A stretch of DNA of 64,000 nucleotides, taken from the NCBI RefSeq assembly GCF_006345805.1, contig NC_043002.1:39184001-39248000 (forward strand), written 5' to 3'. The notes beneath the pieces were generated by a model. That model saw only the letters and a list, made by a program, of their open reading frames with translations. It ran no database searches and was not told where the DNA came from. The position numbers were made by a program, and so were the translations under genes. The DNA comes from Octopus sinensis. Taxonomy: Eukaryota. Numbering within the stretch: the stretch's first letter is position 1; every line of letters begins with the position of its first letter. Below, piece by piece: positions 40,170-54,472 of this stretch.

Positions 40170-40640
40170 TTTTTTTTATAATAAAGTGTATAATGGAACA
40201 GTTCATAATTGTTACATACATTCAATAGAGTCCATGATATATACATTCAATAGAATCCATGTTCTTGAAAAGGCGAAAAATATATTATAAGGTGTATAAT
40301 AGAAAAAATCCATAGTTGTTCCTTACTGTTTTGTCAAGTGTAGTGCAGGAGTTCATTATAGATTTTACCTTGTGTTCCAATGGGAGCAACAGTAGTGATT
40401 CTTGGTCGTCGACTGTTCGCGTAATTTTGGTAAACTTGTGATGGTTGGGTTTATATCAGTTAAACTGTGGCTGTGAAAGCAGTAGTAGCTGTGATCTTGT
40501 ATCCTGTTAGGTGGCTAACCTTGCAGAACGGCTAGTTTGACCACGGAAGAAAAACGTCATCATTTTTTTAACGAATCAGAATCAGACCTGACCCATAACT
40601 GTATCTTGTAAGGAAACCAATCAAGCATGGCGACAAGCTT
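40124..40640 (-). mobile_element. Penelope-like element 3' relic
   Basis: Minus-strand fragments GQTSRS, HSHSLTDI and KEQLWIF resemble a GIY-YIG C-terminus, followed by a hammerhead-like motif. Confidence 0.5.
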
Positions 40641-40648
40641 GACCACTG

Positions 40649-40649
<1 letters not shown>

Positions 40650-40718
<69 letters not shown>

Positions 40719-40802
40719 GCTTCCATTTCCTGAGCGCCTATTAATAATAATACTGTAATTGTTCCATTGTTGTTGTTTTTTTTTCCCGTTGGATAAAATT
40801 AT

Positions 40803-40859
<57 letters not shown>

Positions 40860-40948
40860 TATTATATATATATATATAATATAATATATATATATATATA
40901 TATTATAATATATATATATATATATCTATTATATATATATATATATAT

Positions 40949-41040
<92 letters not shown>
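40650..41040. repeat. (TA)n tracts
   Basis: Direct inspection. Confidence 0.97.
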
Positions 41041-41041
<1 letters not shown>

Positions 41042-41303
41042 TGGAGGTGCAATGGCCTAGTGGTTAGGGCAGCGGACTCGCGGTCGCAGGATCGCGGTTT
41101 CGATTCCCAGACCGGGCGTTGTGAGTGTTGAGCGAAAACACCTAAAAGCTCCACGAGGCTCCGGCAGGGGGTGGTGATCCCTGCTGTACTCTTTCACCAC
41201 TCTTTCTCCCACTCTTTCTTCTGTTGGTGTCATTTGAAGGCTAAAACAATGCGAACGCATTGTGACCAGCGATGTGTAACAACATCTGATGGTCTGGTCG
41301 TCC

Positions 41304-41308
<5 letters not shown>
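41041..41308 (+). mobile_element. SINE family A with an alternative tail, inserted in (TA)n
   Basis: Head nearly identical to 602-770; tail ttgaaggctaaaacaatgcg..ggtctggtcgtcccgtga differs. Confidence 0.88.
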
Positions 41309-41361
<53 letters not shown>

Positions 41362-42569
41362 GTATTTATATTGAATATATATACATATGTATGTATGTAT
41401 GTATGTACATGGACGACCCTGCAGGCACAAAATTATGTAGAAATAGTGATGTATACATATGATATACGTACATACTTATGCACTTTTAATAAAACCCCTC
41501 TGCTGTGTATGTGTGTGTGCGCGCGTGTTTATATCGTTTGATTGTTCGTGTTCATTCATACGTAGATAATACCCAACAAATTTCATCTCAGTATTAATAA
41601 GATGTTACTTCGTGAAATGAAAACAATTTTTCCTGTTTCAGATAATTGCCAAAGACTGAAAATGATCGTTTATTGTTATGTATTTGGGGAATTGTAAGGA
41701 AAGCTAGAAAAGACGAAAACACAATAGAAAGAGATAGATTTCAATTTTTTTTTTAATTACCTAATGCGTACTGAGAATTGTAGAAGTATTTCTCTATCTT
41801 GATGGACCTGAAGGGAAACAACAGCAGAGTCAAGCTCCGCAGCATCTAAAACAATTTTAGATGGAGGAAAGGGGGTCAATGAGGGTGCCTCTACGTGGTT
41901 TCTCGATCGGCTAGAAATAGCAGCAAAATTCCTCTCGAATCACAAAATCATTCTACCAACCGTTAAGGAAAATGGTTCTTCTGATCAAACGATGTGCACC
42001 CTTTTTTGCAGTAATTTATTCCACTTGAGTAACTTATTGTATATATTCTTACTGAAGAAAATCATTACACGTAGGCTCAGATTCTACCGTTTCAATGTTT
42101 TCTTTTCTTTTATCCTTTTTTTTATGCATATTCGTCCGTCGGGGCTAGATGTTCACATCTAGCCATCGCGGAGATGACTGATGACTTGCACAGTAACTTA
42201 GTCTAAGACGAGGAAGCGTTACGCACCGTCAACCTATATATTTCGCCCGCAGCCATCTTCAATCTAGTGGCATGACGACCAGGTCAACACGGCTAGGAAT
42301 AGAAACGGATGCAGTGGATGGCCCAGATGTCTTGCCTGCCTTATCTGACTTTCTGCCCGCCACAAGGAATTGCTGCAACCGCTTTATTTTCCGCTGAGCC
42401 ACGAAGTTTCTCCTGCAGAGTTTAGCGAATCGATCTTCATATATATAAGTAGGCAAAAACTAACTCATCAAGAATTATACACATAGTATGTAACCGCCGT
42501 TGCATGGAAACAGATGCCTGGAGCCACAGGTGAGAGCTGGATGCTAGACGGAGACCAGACCAGACGAAC

Positions 42570-42890
42570 CACCCCTAAGAGTCTATTAAGGTGTTTTACA
42601 AAGACAACTTTGCAAAGGGACTATCTACCGATTGTGACACTGACACTGAGTCCTTTAAAATTCTGGCAGGCCTACTTCAAGGTGACACCCTTGCTGTCTT
42701 CCTATTCATAATAACACTAGACTATCCGATATGAGAAACAACGAAAAATGAATCCGTCAGCTTTAAAATACAACAAACACGCATCAGGGAACATCCTGCA
42801 GTGCTTCTCCCATATACTGAATATGCTGATGCCTTAGCGTTTATATCTGAACCAACAGAACAAACCCAATTGTTTTTAATGGTAATGAAC
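42570..42890 (+). pseudogene. Non-LTR reverse transcriptase fragment (RTE/RTEX-like)
   Basis: FKILAGLLQGDTLAVFLFIITLDY...EYADALAFISE. Confidence 0.8.
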
Positions 42891-42904
42891 TAGCGTATCG
42901 TTTT

Positions 42905-43360
42905 AGAAAAACACTAGGTAAAACGAATCTACGGATAGAAGTAGTGGAAAGACCAAATACTCCCATAAAATCCCTGATCTGTAGAACCTACCCATTTGAG
43001 AAAAACCCCTGTACTGATAAAGATTGTATAGTGTGTAGGGCATGCCCACAGATAAAACTAGGAATGTAGTCTCTTGTGTAGGGTATGCAATGAGACGGTG
43101 CAGAAACAGGACAACGTCGTATATTACAGAAACAGTCCGTAGCATAGGTAAGAAGATAAGTGAATGCTGGTGGGAACTCAAAGAGGCGAAAAGCTCGTCA
43201 GTGCTATACCAAAATGCTAAAATAGAACATCGGATTTCGGAAGATATAAAATAGATAAGATTTTATCAACACATAGAACAGAAAAAAACAGTGAGACAGA
43301 TTAGTGAGTGGGGGGCACACACATAATAGAAAATGAACCGAGCCTCAATAGAAAACGTAA
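42905..43360 (+). pseudogene. Penelope-like GIY-YIG endonuclease fragment
   Basis: RIEVVERP..IKSLICRTYPF..CTDKDCIVC..TRNVV..SYITETVRS..SSVLYQNAKIEH..RQISE..NEPSLNRK. Confidence 0.75.
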
Positions 43361-43580
43361 ATTGAATAATTACACCCCCACTCTGTCACATCCCGCAAAC
43401 CGGCGATGAAGGACAGAAAAAATAACAAAGTAATAATAAATAAAGAATAATGAATAAATAAATAACAGACTTAAGAATAAGTACTGAAACCGATTTGTTC
43501 AATTAAAAAAAAAATTACGTCGGTGCCCCAGCATTGCCGCAATCCAATGACTGAAACAAGTAAAATAAATAAAAGAGAAA

Positions 43581-43617
<37 letters not shown>

Positions 43618-44318
43618 AAGGTTAGACAGAGAAGGAGGAAAATAGACGAAAACTGGGCGAAAACATAGCGGGCAGAAAAGGGAGACAAAATCCCGATGCA
43701 AGGAACATTCGCAGCGGATTTTCTCATCAGTTGGTTTCCGAGACGTCGTAGTGGTTTTGCGCTATTTAAAATCATGACCACTGTTATCAACGGGAGCGCC
43801 AGAGCATAGAACTACAGGAAAAGGCTGACGAATGTGTGAAGGAAAGGACAAAATAACATTGCGTGTACAATAAGGAATAATGACAAAATTTAACAGACAA
43901 GGAATGGTGCATATACACTAGAAAATGCTTTATGGCATATATGCTTGCTCGGAGTGAAAGCAAAACAAAGTACCTCTACATTTTGACTATTTTACAACGT
44001 TCACTTTCTTCTGATATAAGTTTTAAAAGTCGTTGAATGTTTTAAAGATATTTCACTATTTACTTATTTTGGTTTTTCTTTAAATGTTTAAAAGTTATTT
44101 CGTTAATTTTTTTCCGTCTCCTTCTTTATATTCCATTATTTCATATGGTTTTATCTTTGCTTTCTGGCTCAGAAATTTCTGTTTTCTAAAAGAGGTACAC
44201 TGGGTAGCATCGTCGTCTGATGTCTTCAAAAGAATGCGACGATAAACAATTAGATAGATAAATAGATAGGTTGATACATACATATATATACGCACGCATA
44301 CATGTACATTCGTATATA

Positions 44319-44371
<53 letters not shown>

Positions 44372-44396
44372 ATGTGTGTGTGTGTGTGTTATATGT

Positions 44397-44465
<69 letters not shown>

Positions 44466-45611
44466 TAATCACTGAGATAAGCCAAGCACACAGCCATACA
44501 GAAGGTGGATTAAAAGTGAGAGGATATAAAGCAGGATATAAACAAAAGACAGAAAAAAGAAAACATTTCAAAGAGTGAATACAAGAAATTTCTAGTTTTG
44601 TAGCGAGATGTCATGAATTGCTATCTATAGAAAGAAACGGTGAAAATAAAGAAAATAATATAAATACGGATTTATTTCAATATATTTAGACGCAAAAAAA
44701 AAACAATATTTTAAGTTAATATATGTCGATATATAAAAGGAAAATATCGTACTGAATATTGTAGCATAGAAGTGAGAAGATATACAGAAATCGGGTTGGC
44801 ATTCGAAGATAGTGATGCACTGAGAAAGCAGTTGACAATTCCAAGAAAGAAAAAGCAGTTGTCAATTCGAAGAAAGAAAAAGAGATGTTTACTGGGTTCT
44901 TATATATACAATCGTTTTCTAAAACTAGTCTGAAAAGACTTGGTTTTGTTGCTTTTAGAGGGGTTGGTTTCTTCCTGTTCAAATTGTTATATAACGTGTA
45001 GAAACATACACAAATTCTTTCAACCATGCATGTGTGAATGAAGTTAGTGAGATTTTACGTGTGTGTGTGTGTGTGTGCATTTGCGAAGTTCTGATCTGGT
45101 GCACAAGATTAGTCTACTAGTAAGAAACAATGTTAAAATGAAAGTATTGTATAGTTAGATTTATTCATATTTTACAGCGTAGACATAGTGTTTCAGCAAA
45201 GCGTGTATTAGCCAAGCTTCATCAGAGAAGAATTTGTTCCTTCTCTTATGAACTTTAGGGAATTCACACTTTGCTGGAATGCGACATTCAAATGCACATT
45301 ACATTACATTACATATAGTAAGAACATTAATAAATTTTACTTATATGTGCACCTCTATACGTATGCGAGCAGGAATCTTATACAAGACGTTTAATTAACA
45401 TATTACTCGCACTAAGATGCATAATGTGAATAAATCAGAAAGTCTTCAGTAGACGAAAGCAAGAAATTGATGGACATGACGCATTGCTCAGAAGATTCAT
45501 CGGAGCCTTTAAACTCTTAGCATTTTGTCCGACGCGCTAACGATTCTGCCAGCTCACCTATTTAATAAAAAATAAATAAATAAATAATAACAATAATAAA
45601 AGCAAAAGTTA

Positions 45612-45782
45612 GTTGTACCTGTATTTCAAAGGGCCAGCCTTGTCACGCTGAAGCTCCCTGAGAACTACGCTAAGGGTACACGTGTATGTGGATTGCTCAA
45701 CCACTTGCACGTTAATTTTATGAGTAAACTGTTCCGTTGATCGCATCAGCAGGGGGCCCTCGTCGTCGAACTGACGGTGTGC
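45612..45782 (+). mobile_element. Isolated SINE-C tail module F (5'-truncated)
   Basis: Reverse complement of 50988-51170. Confidence 0.8.
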
Positions 45783-45901
45783 TTCTTCACACCACACACA
45801 CACACTATATAATATATAATTATATACATATATATATATATATATATAGTATATATATATATAAGAGAGAGAAGAGAGAGAGAGAGAAAGGTAGATAGAT
45901 A

Positions 45902-45940
<39 letters not shown>

Positions 45941-45959
45941 TGCATGCATATATGTATAT

Positions 45960-45998
<39 letters not shown>

Positions 45999-46464
45999 TA
46001 GATTCAGATACACTCTTCGATCGTGTCTGAACCCAGAATGCGTGTGAACCATTTATTCAATCACAGAATTCTAACACCTTTGTTCATTACGTTTAACTAT
46101 GTCCTTCTAGATCACGTGTTGTAGATAGAATTTCTAAATCTAAATGTAACCAAAGTAGCTACAGAAGGAATAACAACAACATAGAAATACGATATCTGAA
46201 AACGACCGTAAAAGAATACTCTTTAGTATGTAAAGATTCGGTAAATGTAGACAAGATAGAAACGCAAATATTGGGTCGAAAATAAGCTTAATATAACATA
46301 CACACTTCTACCGATTTTGATTTGTTTTGTTTTGCTTTTAACGGCTAGCTCTTTTCTGGGACCTTTCAACCTTTCTGGGTATCAGTTACGCTTTGTGGGG
46401 TCGATATAATCGACTAGCGCACCTCCCCATAAATTTCAGGGCTTGTGCCTCTAGTAGAAAGGAT

Positions 46465-46465
46465 G

Positions 46466-46523
<58 letters not shown>

Positions 46524-46530
46524 GATGATG

Positions 46531-46610
<80 letters not shown>

Positions 46611-46680
46611 GATGACGACGACGACGATGATGAAGATGATGATGGTGATGGTAATGATGATGGTGATGATGATGATGATA

Positions 46681-46740
<60 letters not shown>

Positions 46741-46744
46741 ATCA

Positions 46745-46797
<53 letters not shown>

Positions 46798-46800
46798 TTA
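46465..46800. repeat. (AAT)n-(GAT)n-(TAT)n compound trinucleotide tract
   Basis: Direct inspection. Confidence 0.98.
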
Positions 46801-47953
46801 TTTATTTATTTATTTTCATTAAATAGGTGAGCTGGCAGAATCGTGGCCTTTTTCTAAGACTTCTGAGATTAGTGAGACAGATGGGAGAAGAGAATGGGTG
46901 TATTTTATAATCAGACCGGAGATTAGGTCCGATTATTGGAGGGAAAATAGTCTCTGCTAAAACATTTTAAGAACAGGTGGCGGTATTAGGCCAGATAGCG
47001 GATTAAGCGTACCGTTCCAAAACGAGAACAGTGCTTGCGATAGGACTATCATGCAGTTTCCATAAACCAAATTTCTTATAAGGTTTTGGCTCACTTTTTG
47101 ATTACAAAAAAAAAATGATTGTTTGGCCAAAGAGCCGCACAAAGAGATCGAACTAAAAACCACACGATTGCGATGCAAACTTCTCAATTACACAGCTATG
47201 CCGACGGTGCCCATCTGCAACAAATAATAAATATAAACCGTCACAGATTCCAAGATAATTTCTTTCTACTGCAAAGTTTCATACATCTTTCGTCCCTTTC
47301 CACCTCTGTCTCTTCTTCTTCTTCTTCTTCAATTTCTTTTATTTCGATTCATAAGCAGCCACACGCACGCGCACGCGCACACAACAACTACCTCCTGCTC
47401 GGTAAGGGCACCTTCATGGCATTTTTCCATCTCTTAGATAGCTTACTGTCAACACAGTTCTATCACAACAGTATACAGTTACCTGTACAACAACTGTTAC
47501 CAGCAACTATTAAACTGCTCATATGCTTCACGTTCCCTTTGCCGAAAACTCAACCTATCAACCACTTACATGAAAATTCTATGTGGGCATTCACGTGATC
47601 GAAAACAGAGATTAACACCTTTCTGTAATCGCCCGAATCGTTCAGTATTTCAAATATACAAATCTTAATTTATTGTAATTATCTCCCTTTTTTTCTGAGA
47701 ATCACGAACAACTGCCACAATTTTTCTTTTTTTTTTTTTTTTTTTACATCAACTAAAAGAGAAACTTCAATTAATTAACATTTGAATCTTTTCTGTTTGG
47801 TTGTACCTGCGGAAATTTTGAAAAGTAGCAGCCAAACGGAAGAAAAAAATCTCACATGCCTGAGATGCTGCGCTGTGGAACTGAACCCGAAAGCACGTAC
47901 TTATAAAGCAAGCTTTTTAACCTCACGGTCAGACCTGCACCTACGCAATTTTT

Positions 47954-48570
47954 ATTCTTTTCTACTCTAGGCACAAGGCCCGAAATTTGGGGGGGAGGGG
48001 GTCAGTCGATTTCATCGATCCCAGTACGCAATGAGTACTTAATTTATCGACCCCGAAAGGATGAAAGGCAAAGTCGACATTGTCGGAATTTGAACTCAGA
48101 ACGTAAAGACAGACGAAATGCAGCTAAGTATTTCGCCCGGCATGCCAACGTTTCTTATTTCTTTATTGCCTACAAGGGGCTAAACATAGAGGGGACAAAC
48201 AAGGACAGAGAAAGGGATTAAGTCGATTACATCGACCCTAGTGCGTAACTGGTACTTAATTTATCGACCCCGAAAGGATGAAAGGCAAAGTCGATCTCGG
48301 CGGAATTTGAACTCCGAACGTAGTGGCTGATGAAATACCTATTTCTTTACTACCCATAAGATGCTAAACGCAGAGAGGACAAACAAGGATAGACAGACGG
48401 ATTAAGTCGATTACATCGACCCCAGTGAGTAACTGATACTTATTTAATCGACCCCGAAAGGATGAAAGGCAAAGTCGACCTCGGCGGAATTTGAACTCAG
48501 AACGTAACGGCAGATGAAATACCGCTAAGCATTTCGCCCGACGTGCTAACGTTTCGGCCAGATCGCAGCC
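47954..48570 (-). mobile_element. SINE family D trimer
   Basis: B boxes at 48086, 48303 and 48487 (spacings 217 and 184); one head, two tail-2 units, terminal tail 1. Confidence 0.9.
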
Positions 48571-49453
48571 TTACCTGTGCAATTTTTATTGACCAAAAAT
48601 GATACGTAATTCATTTTCTGTATGTAAAAGCAAAAATAACTATGAAACTATCTAGAAGCTTGGTCAGATAATGTTCTATGCTAACGAACTCTAATAGACC
48701 AGTGTATACTCATGATTGCCCTTTCCTGTAAGCAAAGACTGCCTTCGAATTTTCACAACAGCCTCCCGTTTAATCCCATATATTAAGCGAAAATTCTGTG
48801 ATTGTTATCCTCGCTACCCCCCACCCTTTACTTGGGTGTTAGTGTACGCCAGGACCCTGAATAAATATAAAAAGTTAGTAAGCATTCCCACCCCGTTACT
48901 CAGGAATTGGTGTATCCCCAGACCCTGAATAAATATCGAAATTAAAAGCCATTTTCTATTTTTTTTTGTTCTTTTTTTTTTGCGAAGTGTACTTTCGCTT
49001 TACGTCCCTCTGGGTTAAGGAACTTGTTTCGCATATACTGCACCACCGTGCGCAACGAAATGAGTGACAAATTAAAGAATGCGTTCATTGCTACATTGTT
49101 CATATGCTATTTTTATTGTCACACACGCATACACGCATGTATAGGTTTAATATATATATATATATATATTATATATTAATATATATATATTATATTATAT
49201 ATATATATTATATATATATAGGTTAAAGTAATTGAGATTCAAGTGAATTCTAATGAATACTTCTTCAATGCAGTTAAACTTACACCTCATTGTATCTACC
49301 CTATTTGATTGTTGGGAATCTCTGATGTTTTTTTCGGTGACGAGTACGAGCCATCTATATTTACGCATTTTTTGTAGCTTATTAAAGATGTCCTCGTACG
49401 AAACAATGTACCGAGATTTTAATCCCTTCTTGTTGCTTTTTTCTATATATATA

Positions 49454-49496
<43 letters not shown>

Positions 49497-49693
49497 CTAC
49501 TTATTATATACATATACGATTCTTGTAATTTACTTAATTTTTACTTTTAATTGTTATTTGAATTTTAACTTTTCTATTATATGTATTTATAGATGGGTGT
49601 AATTTAATTATTCATTTTGAATTGATAAAAGGTGGGTTTTTTCTAATATATTATATATATATAATATATATATATATAATATATATATATATT

Positions 49694-49725
<32 letters not shown>

Positions 49726-50149
49726 TATATATTATATATATAATATATAATATATATATATGAATAAATACATGAATATATATATATACTTACATTCTCT
49801 TTCTCTCTCTCACACTCACACACACTCACACACTCACACACACACCATACACACACACAAAGGCTTCCGCACAGTAACCTTCCACAAAATGCACTCACTA
49901 ATAACCAGTCAACGCCATACCGAGCGGCACAGTGGGATTTCACACGGAACTAAGTAGTTGCAGATCGAGCTTCTTAACGACAGTTACATTCTGTGTAACT
50001 ATCTATGTACATGTGTGCGCGCGCGCGTGTGTGTGTCCGTGTGTTTGTGCTTATATTTGCATGTATGAATATGTGTGTGTAATAATATATATATATAATG
50101 TATTTGTATGTATGTATGTATGTATGTATGTATGTATGTATATATATAT

Positions 50150-50183
<34 letters not shown>

Positions 50184-50511
50184 CCACACAAAGAGAGGAG
50201 GAGGGAGGGGAGAGAGAATTAAAAATATCCCACACAAGTCAAGAGGTATGGAAGAATAAGATGCGCTGTTTCTTTTACATCACAATATGTATTGAGAAAC
50301 ATGTATTGTGAAACATATTAACACAATACACTTTACATATTCCAAATGACATATAATGACCAAAATACAGTACAGCAATTGAACCGTTTCAAAATTACGT
50401 ATTCCAAAGTCTCTTTTTACATTCAAAGCATTTCGAAATGTATTATTAAGCACTTTAAAACGCATAATTACGGAAATAAATACTTAGATATTCCAGCGTA
50501 CATTAATAGTC

Positions 50512-50690
50512 GCCGACGTGGCTCTGTGATAATAAGTTTGCTTCCAACCCACACGGTTCCAGGTTCAGTCCCACAGCATGACACCCCGAGCGAGTGTCCT
50601 TTCCTATGGTCTCGTGTCGGCCAAAACCTTGTGAGCGGATTTGGTAGAGGGAAACTGAAAGAAGCTTGTCAGGCGGCTTTTAAAATAGCT
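50512..50690 (+). mobile_element. SINE family B 5' half
   Basis: gtggctctgtg..ggttcagtccc..gatttggtag. Confidence 0.7.
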
Positions 50691-50987
50691 CCTGTGGAAT
50701 CGGAGGGAAAGCCTTGAGTATCAAGTTCCATTTTCTTCTTATTAACACCTTCCATTCCTTCCCTTTGAATTAACACCTTTGAAGTCAATGATTTATTCGA
50801 AACAAAAAAATAATAAAACCAGAAATAGTTAATTTTTTAACTTTTAGCTTGTTTTTTGTTGTTGTTTTTTTGTTTTGTTTTTTGGGGGAGAGGGGGTGAT
50901 TTTCAAATTTTATCACAAAGCAACAAAGAAACAAGGGATCCAACCAGCCTTTCGGTGATATAACTGTTTCTGCAACAATGGGTGACA

Positions 50988-51317
50988 GGAGCACTCCATC
51001 GATTACGACGACGAGGGTCCCAGCTGATACGATCAACGGAACAGCTTGCTCGTGAAATTAACATGCATGTGGCTGAGCACTCCACAGACACGTGTACCCT
51101 TAACATAGTTCTCAGGGAGATTCAGCGTGACACAGAGTGTGACAAGGCCGGCCCTTTGAAATACAAGTACTACGCATTTTTGCCAGTTGAGTGGACTGGA
51201 GCAACGTGAAATAAACTCACCAGTGTCTTGCTCAAGGACACAACGCGTCGCCGGGGATTGAACTCACGACCTTACGATCGTGAGTCAAATGCTCCAACCA
51301 CTAAGCCATGCGCCTTC
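50988..51317 (-). mobile_element. Full-length SINE family C with tail F
   Basis: 13-bp TSD acaat(g/a)ggtgaca at 50975-50987 and 51318-51330. Confidence 0.9.
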
Positions 51318-51609
51318 ACAATAGGTGACAAAAGTTAACACTCACGGGTCCCTAAAAGGAGTAAGATAGACAACAGGGAAAGTAAGTATAACTCAGCGAG
51401 AAGAAGAGGAAAAAGAAGAAGAAGAAGAAGAAGAAGAAGAAGAAGAAGAAGAAGAAGAAGAAAAAGAAGAAGAAGAAGAAGAAGAAGAAGAAGAAGGAGG
51501 AGGAGGAGGAGGAGGAGGAGGAGGAGGAGGAACGAAAGTCTAAAGACGACTGTATTTAGTTTTTTGCGAATGTGCAACTAAATACATCTTTGGCAACCAA
51601 ATAAGGCAA

Positions 51610-51880
51610 TCAGTAATTTGGACTGGTCAGTGGTCCCCCATTACCTCTACAGCCTAGATCTGGCTCGCTCCAGCTTCCATCAATGAAAAGGGCAGTCTTC
51701 ACGGGCAGCGATTTGATAACACGGATGAGATGAGTGACCCTAAAGAAGTGGGCACAAGAGTGCGACACCTGAATTTTTTGAAAAAGATTTCTAGATTAGG
51801 ATTCGGCAACACCCATGTCAGAGATTATGTTGAGTAATAACTTTATATACAGGAAAAACTTGAACGACCACTAACAGTTA
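51610..51880 (+). pseudogene. Mariner transposase C-terminal relic
   Basis: LDWSVVPHYLYSLDLARSSFH..LHGQRFDNTDE..RDYVE*, matching WxVLPHPPYSPDLAPSDF; TIR-like end follows. Confidence 0.75.
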
Positions 51881-52254
51881 ATAAAGAAAATAGTAATGCC
51901 TACTTTTACATTACTTTCAGTATAACACTCGTACGTGTGTGTGTGTGTATCTCCCTTGACTTCGCTCTTCTACTCCTTTACAATCTCCCACTTACGTTGC
52001 TATCTCTCTGTCTCCCTCCACGTAGCTTCCATCACTCAGCATTTGCCTTCGCATCGATCCGACTGTTCAACCTTTCCCGTGTCTCTTGCAACGTTGGATT
52101 ACTTTTAGTTTCTGGAGACTTTACTATCTCTGTTGCATTTCATCAGCACCTTTTCCCTTCAACCGGTGTAAACTAACACTTTATTATTAATAACTTTCTG
52201 TTTTTTCACATCTTTTTTAATATCCTATAATATATATATATATATGTATGTATA

Positions 52255-52450
52255 TTCTCTTTTACTCTCTTTTACTTGTTTCAGTCATTTGACAGTGGCC
52301 ATGCTAGAGCACCGCCTTTAGTCGAGCAAATCAACTCCAGGACTTATTCTTTGTAAGCCTAGTACTTATTCAATCGGTCTTTTTACCGAACCGCTAAGTT
52401 ACGGGGACGTAAACACACCAGCATCGGTTGTCAAGCAATGTTGGAGGGAC

Positions 52451-52530
<80 letters not shown>

Positions 52531-52742
52531 GTGTGTGTGTGTGCGTGCGTGTGTGTGTATGTATATATACATATATACGACAGGCTTTTTTCAGTTTCCA
52601 CCTACCAAATCCACTCACAAGGCTTTGGTCGGCCCGAGGCTATAGTAGAAGACACTTGCCCAAGGTGCCACGCAGTGGGACTGAATCCGGAACCATGTGG
52701 TTGGTAAGCAAGCTACTTACCACAAAGCCACTCCTACGCCTA
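52255..52742 (-). mobile_element. SINE family B, well preserved
   Basis: Full-length match to other B copies. Confidence 0.92.
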
Positions 52743-53329
52743 TATATATATTATGGACCCCAGTTGAGCACTAGTAGCGATTCAACGGATTAGCACCTCC
52801 CACCCAAAAATTTCAGGCTTTGTGCCAATTGTTAAAAGGATTACCATCATCTTCATCATCATCATCATCATCATTAAAATAATTACCAGTTGAGCACTGG
52901 GGTCGTTGATATCGACTAGTACCTCACCACAAACAACAGCCAAAATGCATTTTGAGGCCTTGTGCTTTTAGCAGAAGGGGTTGTTGTTGTTGTTGTTGTT
53001 GTTATTGTTGTTGCTGCTGTTGTTGTTGTTGTTGTTCAAATGTGCCATAAACAGGTATTAAGCAAACAAGCAAAGACGTGGAAAAACTATTGGTGCTGGT
53101 ATATCTTGCCTGAGTGGAATCTGATAACGGTCTCATTCTCCCGTTCGTTTTACGTAAGCATGCTTCGCTGGAGATAAATATATTATGTTCATTGTTAGGC
53201 TTTGTGCCGTTACATCATCTCACATGAGAGCAAATCAGATGTAGTCGTGCAATCCTTCATTATTCTGACGGTTGTCGATATCGTTGCTAACGTCGTTTCA
53301 GTCTATGTAAGAAGAGAAAAAAAAATGGC

Positions 53330-53760
53330 GACGATGGAGGCGGAAGAGGAGGAGGAGGAGGACGATGCGAAGATGATGCGGATGACGACGAAGACGACGA
53401 CGACGACGAGAATAACGATGGTGCTAGTGGTGGTGGTGGTGGTGGTGGTGAGGATCATGTTGGTAGAGGTGATGGTGATGATCTTGATCATGATGATTAT
53501 GATGATGATGTTTACGACGACAACAGCGACGACGATAATGAGGAGGAGGAGGAGGGAAGAAGAAGAAGAAGAAGAAGAAGGGAACGAGGAGGAGGAGGAG
53601 GAGGTTTACGATGATGACGACGACAATTACGACGGTGATGATCAGAATTAGGAGGTGGAGAAGGGGGACGAAGAAGACCAACGACGTCGTCGACGACACG
53701 ACGATGCTTATGATGTTTATGTTGATGATGATGATGATGATGATGATTACGGTGGTGGGG
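53330..53760. repeat. Compound trinucleotide tract (GGA/GAC/GAT/GGT/GAA)
   Basis: Direct inspection. Confidence 0.95.
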
Positions 53761-54030
53761 GGGTAGGGGGGGGGATGCACCAAGAACGTGTTTCTTTAAG
53801 AAACAAAAAAAAATAACAGAGCGGTAGGTCGAAAGGGAGAAATTTGGCAAGAAAAAGACAAACGAGAAACGGAGGAAGGAAAGAAGAGTGGGAAAGGAGT
53901 GAAAAGATGTTACAATCTAAAAGACAATTGGAATAAAATAAAAATGGAAAACAAAAGGAAACTGATGGTAGCCAAGACGATTAACAGAATATATATGTAC
54001 ATGTGTGCGTGTATGCGTGAGTGTGTGTAT

Positions 54031-54071
<41 letters not shown>

Positions 54072-54073
<2 letters not shown>

Positions 54074-54286
54074 AAGGGGTGTTGAAAGGTTCCTGGCTTT
54101 AAGAGTAAGGCGAAAGGCTTGGTTGGAGACCCGACCTTCTGAGTTCTTTTACATGGCTAAGAAAAACTGAAGGACCAGTGCAGCAAGTGTGTGAATCTGA
54201 GAAGGAATATGTTACAGAAAATCATAATTAACTGATCCTCCTGTATTTTCTTTTACCCAAAGCCAGAAACTTGTCAGCACCCCTCG
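54072..54286. mobile_element. Mariner-derived MITE, copy 2
   Basis: TIRs (t/c)ga(a)ggggtg(t/c)tga(a/c)a(g/a)gtt(c/t)ctggcttt; reverse complement of 5348-5568. Confidence 0.85.
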
Positions 54287-54384
54287 TGTATATATACATC
54301 CATCCATCCATACATACATACATACGTACATACATACATACATACATACATACATACATACATACATACATACATACTATATAC

Positions 54385-54472
<88 letters not shown>

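Noticed and set aside
42570-43360. RT followed by GIY-YIG, suggesting a novel chimeric retroelement
   Set aside because: The RT is RTE-like (QGDTLA/YAD), not Penelope-type, and both pieces are truncated at the junction; adjacent or nested relics explain it more simply.
44825-44878. 27-bp tandem duplication (also 16-bp at 33353 and 21-bp at 40216)
   Set aside because: Ordinary local slippage duplications.
47380-47400. let-7-complementary-like motif (caactacctc)
   Set aside because: Short match expected by chance, and no evidence this is a 3' UTR.
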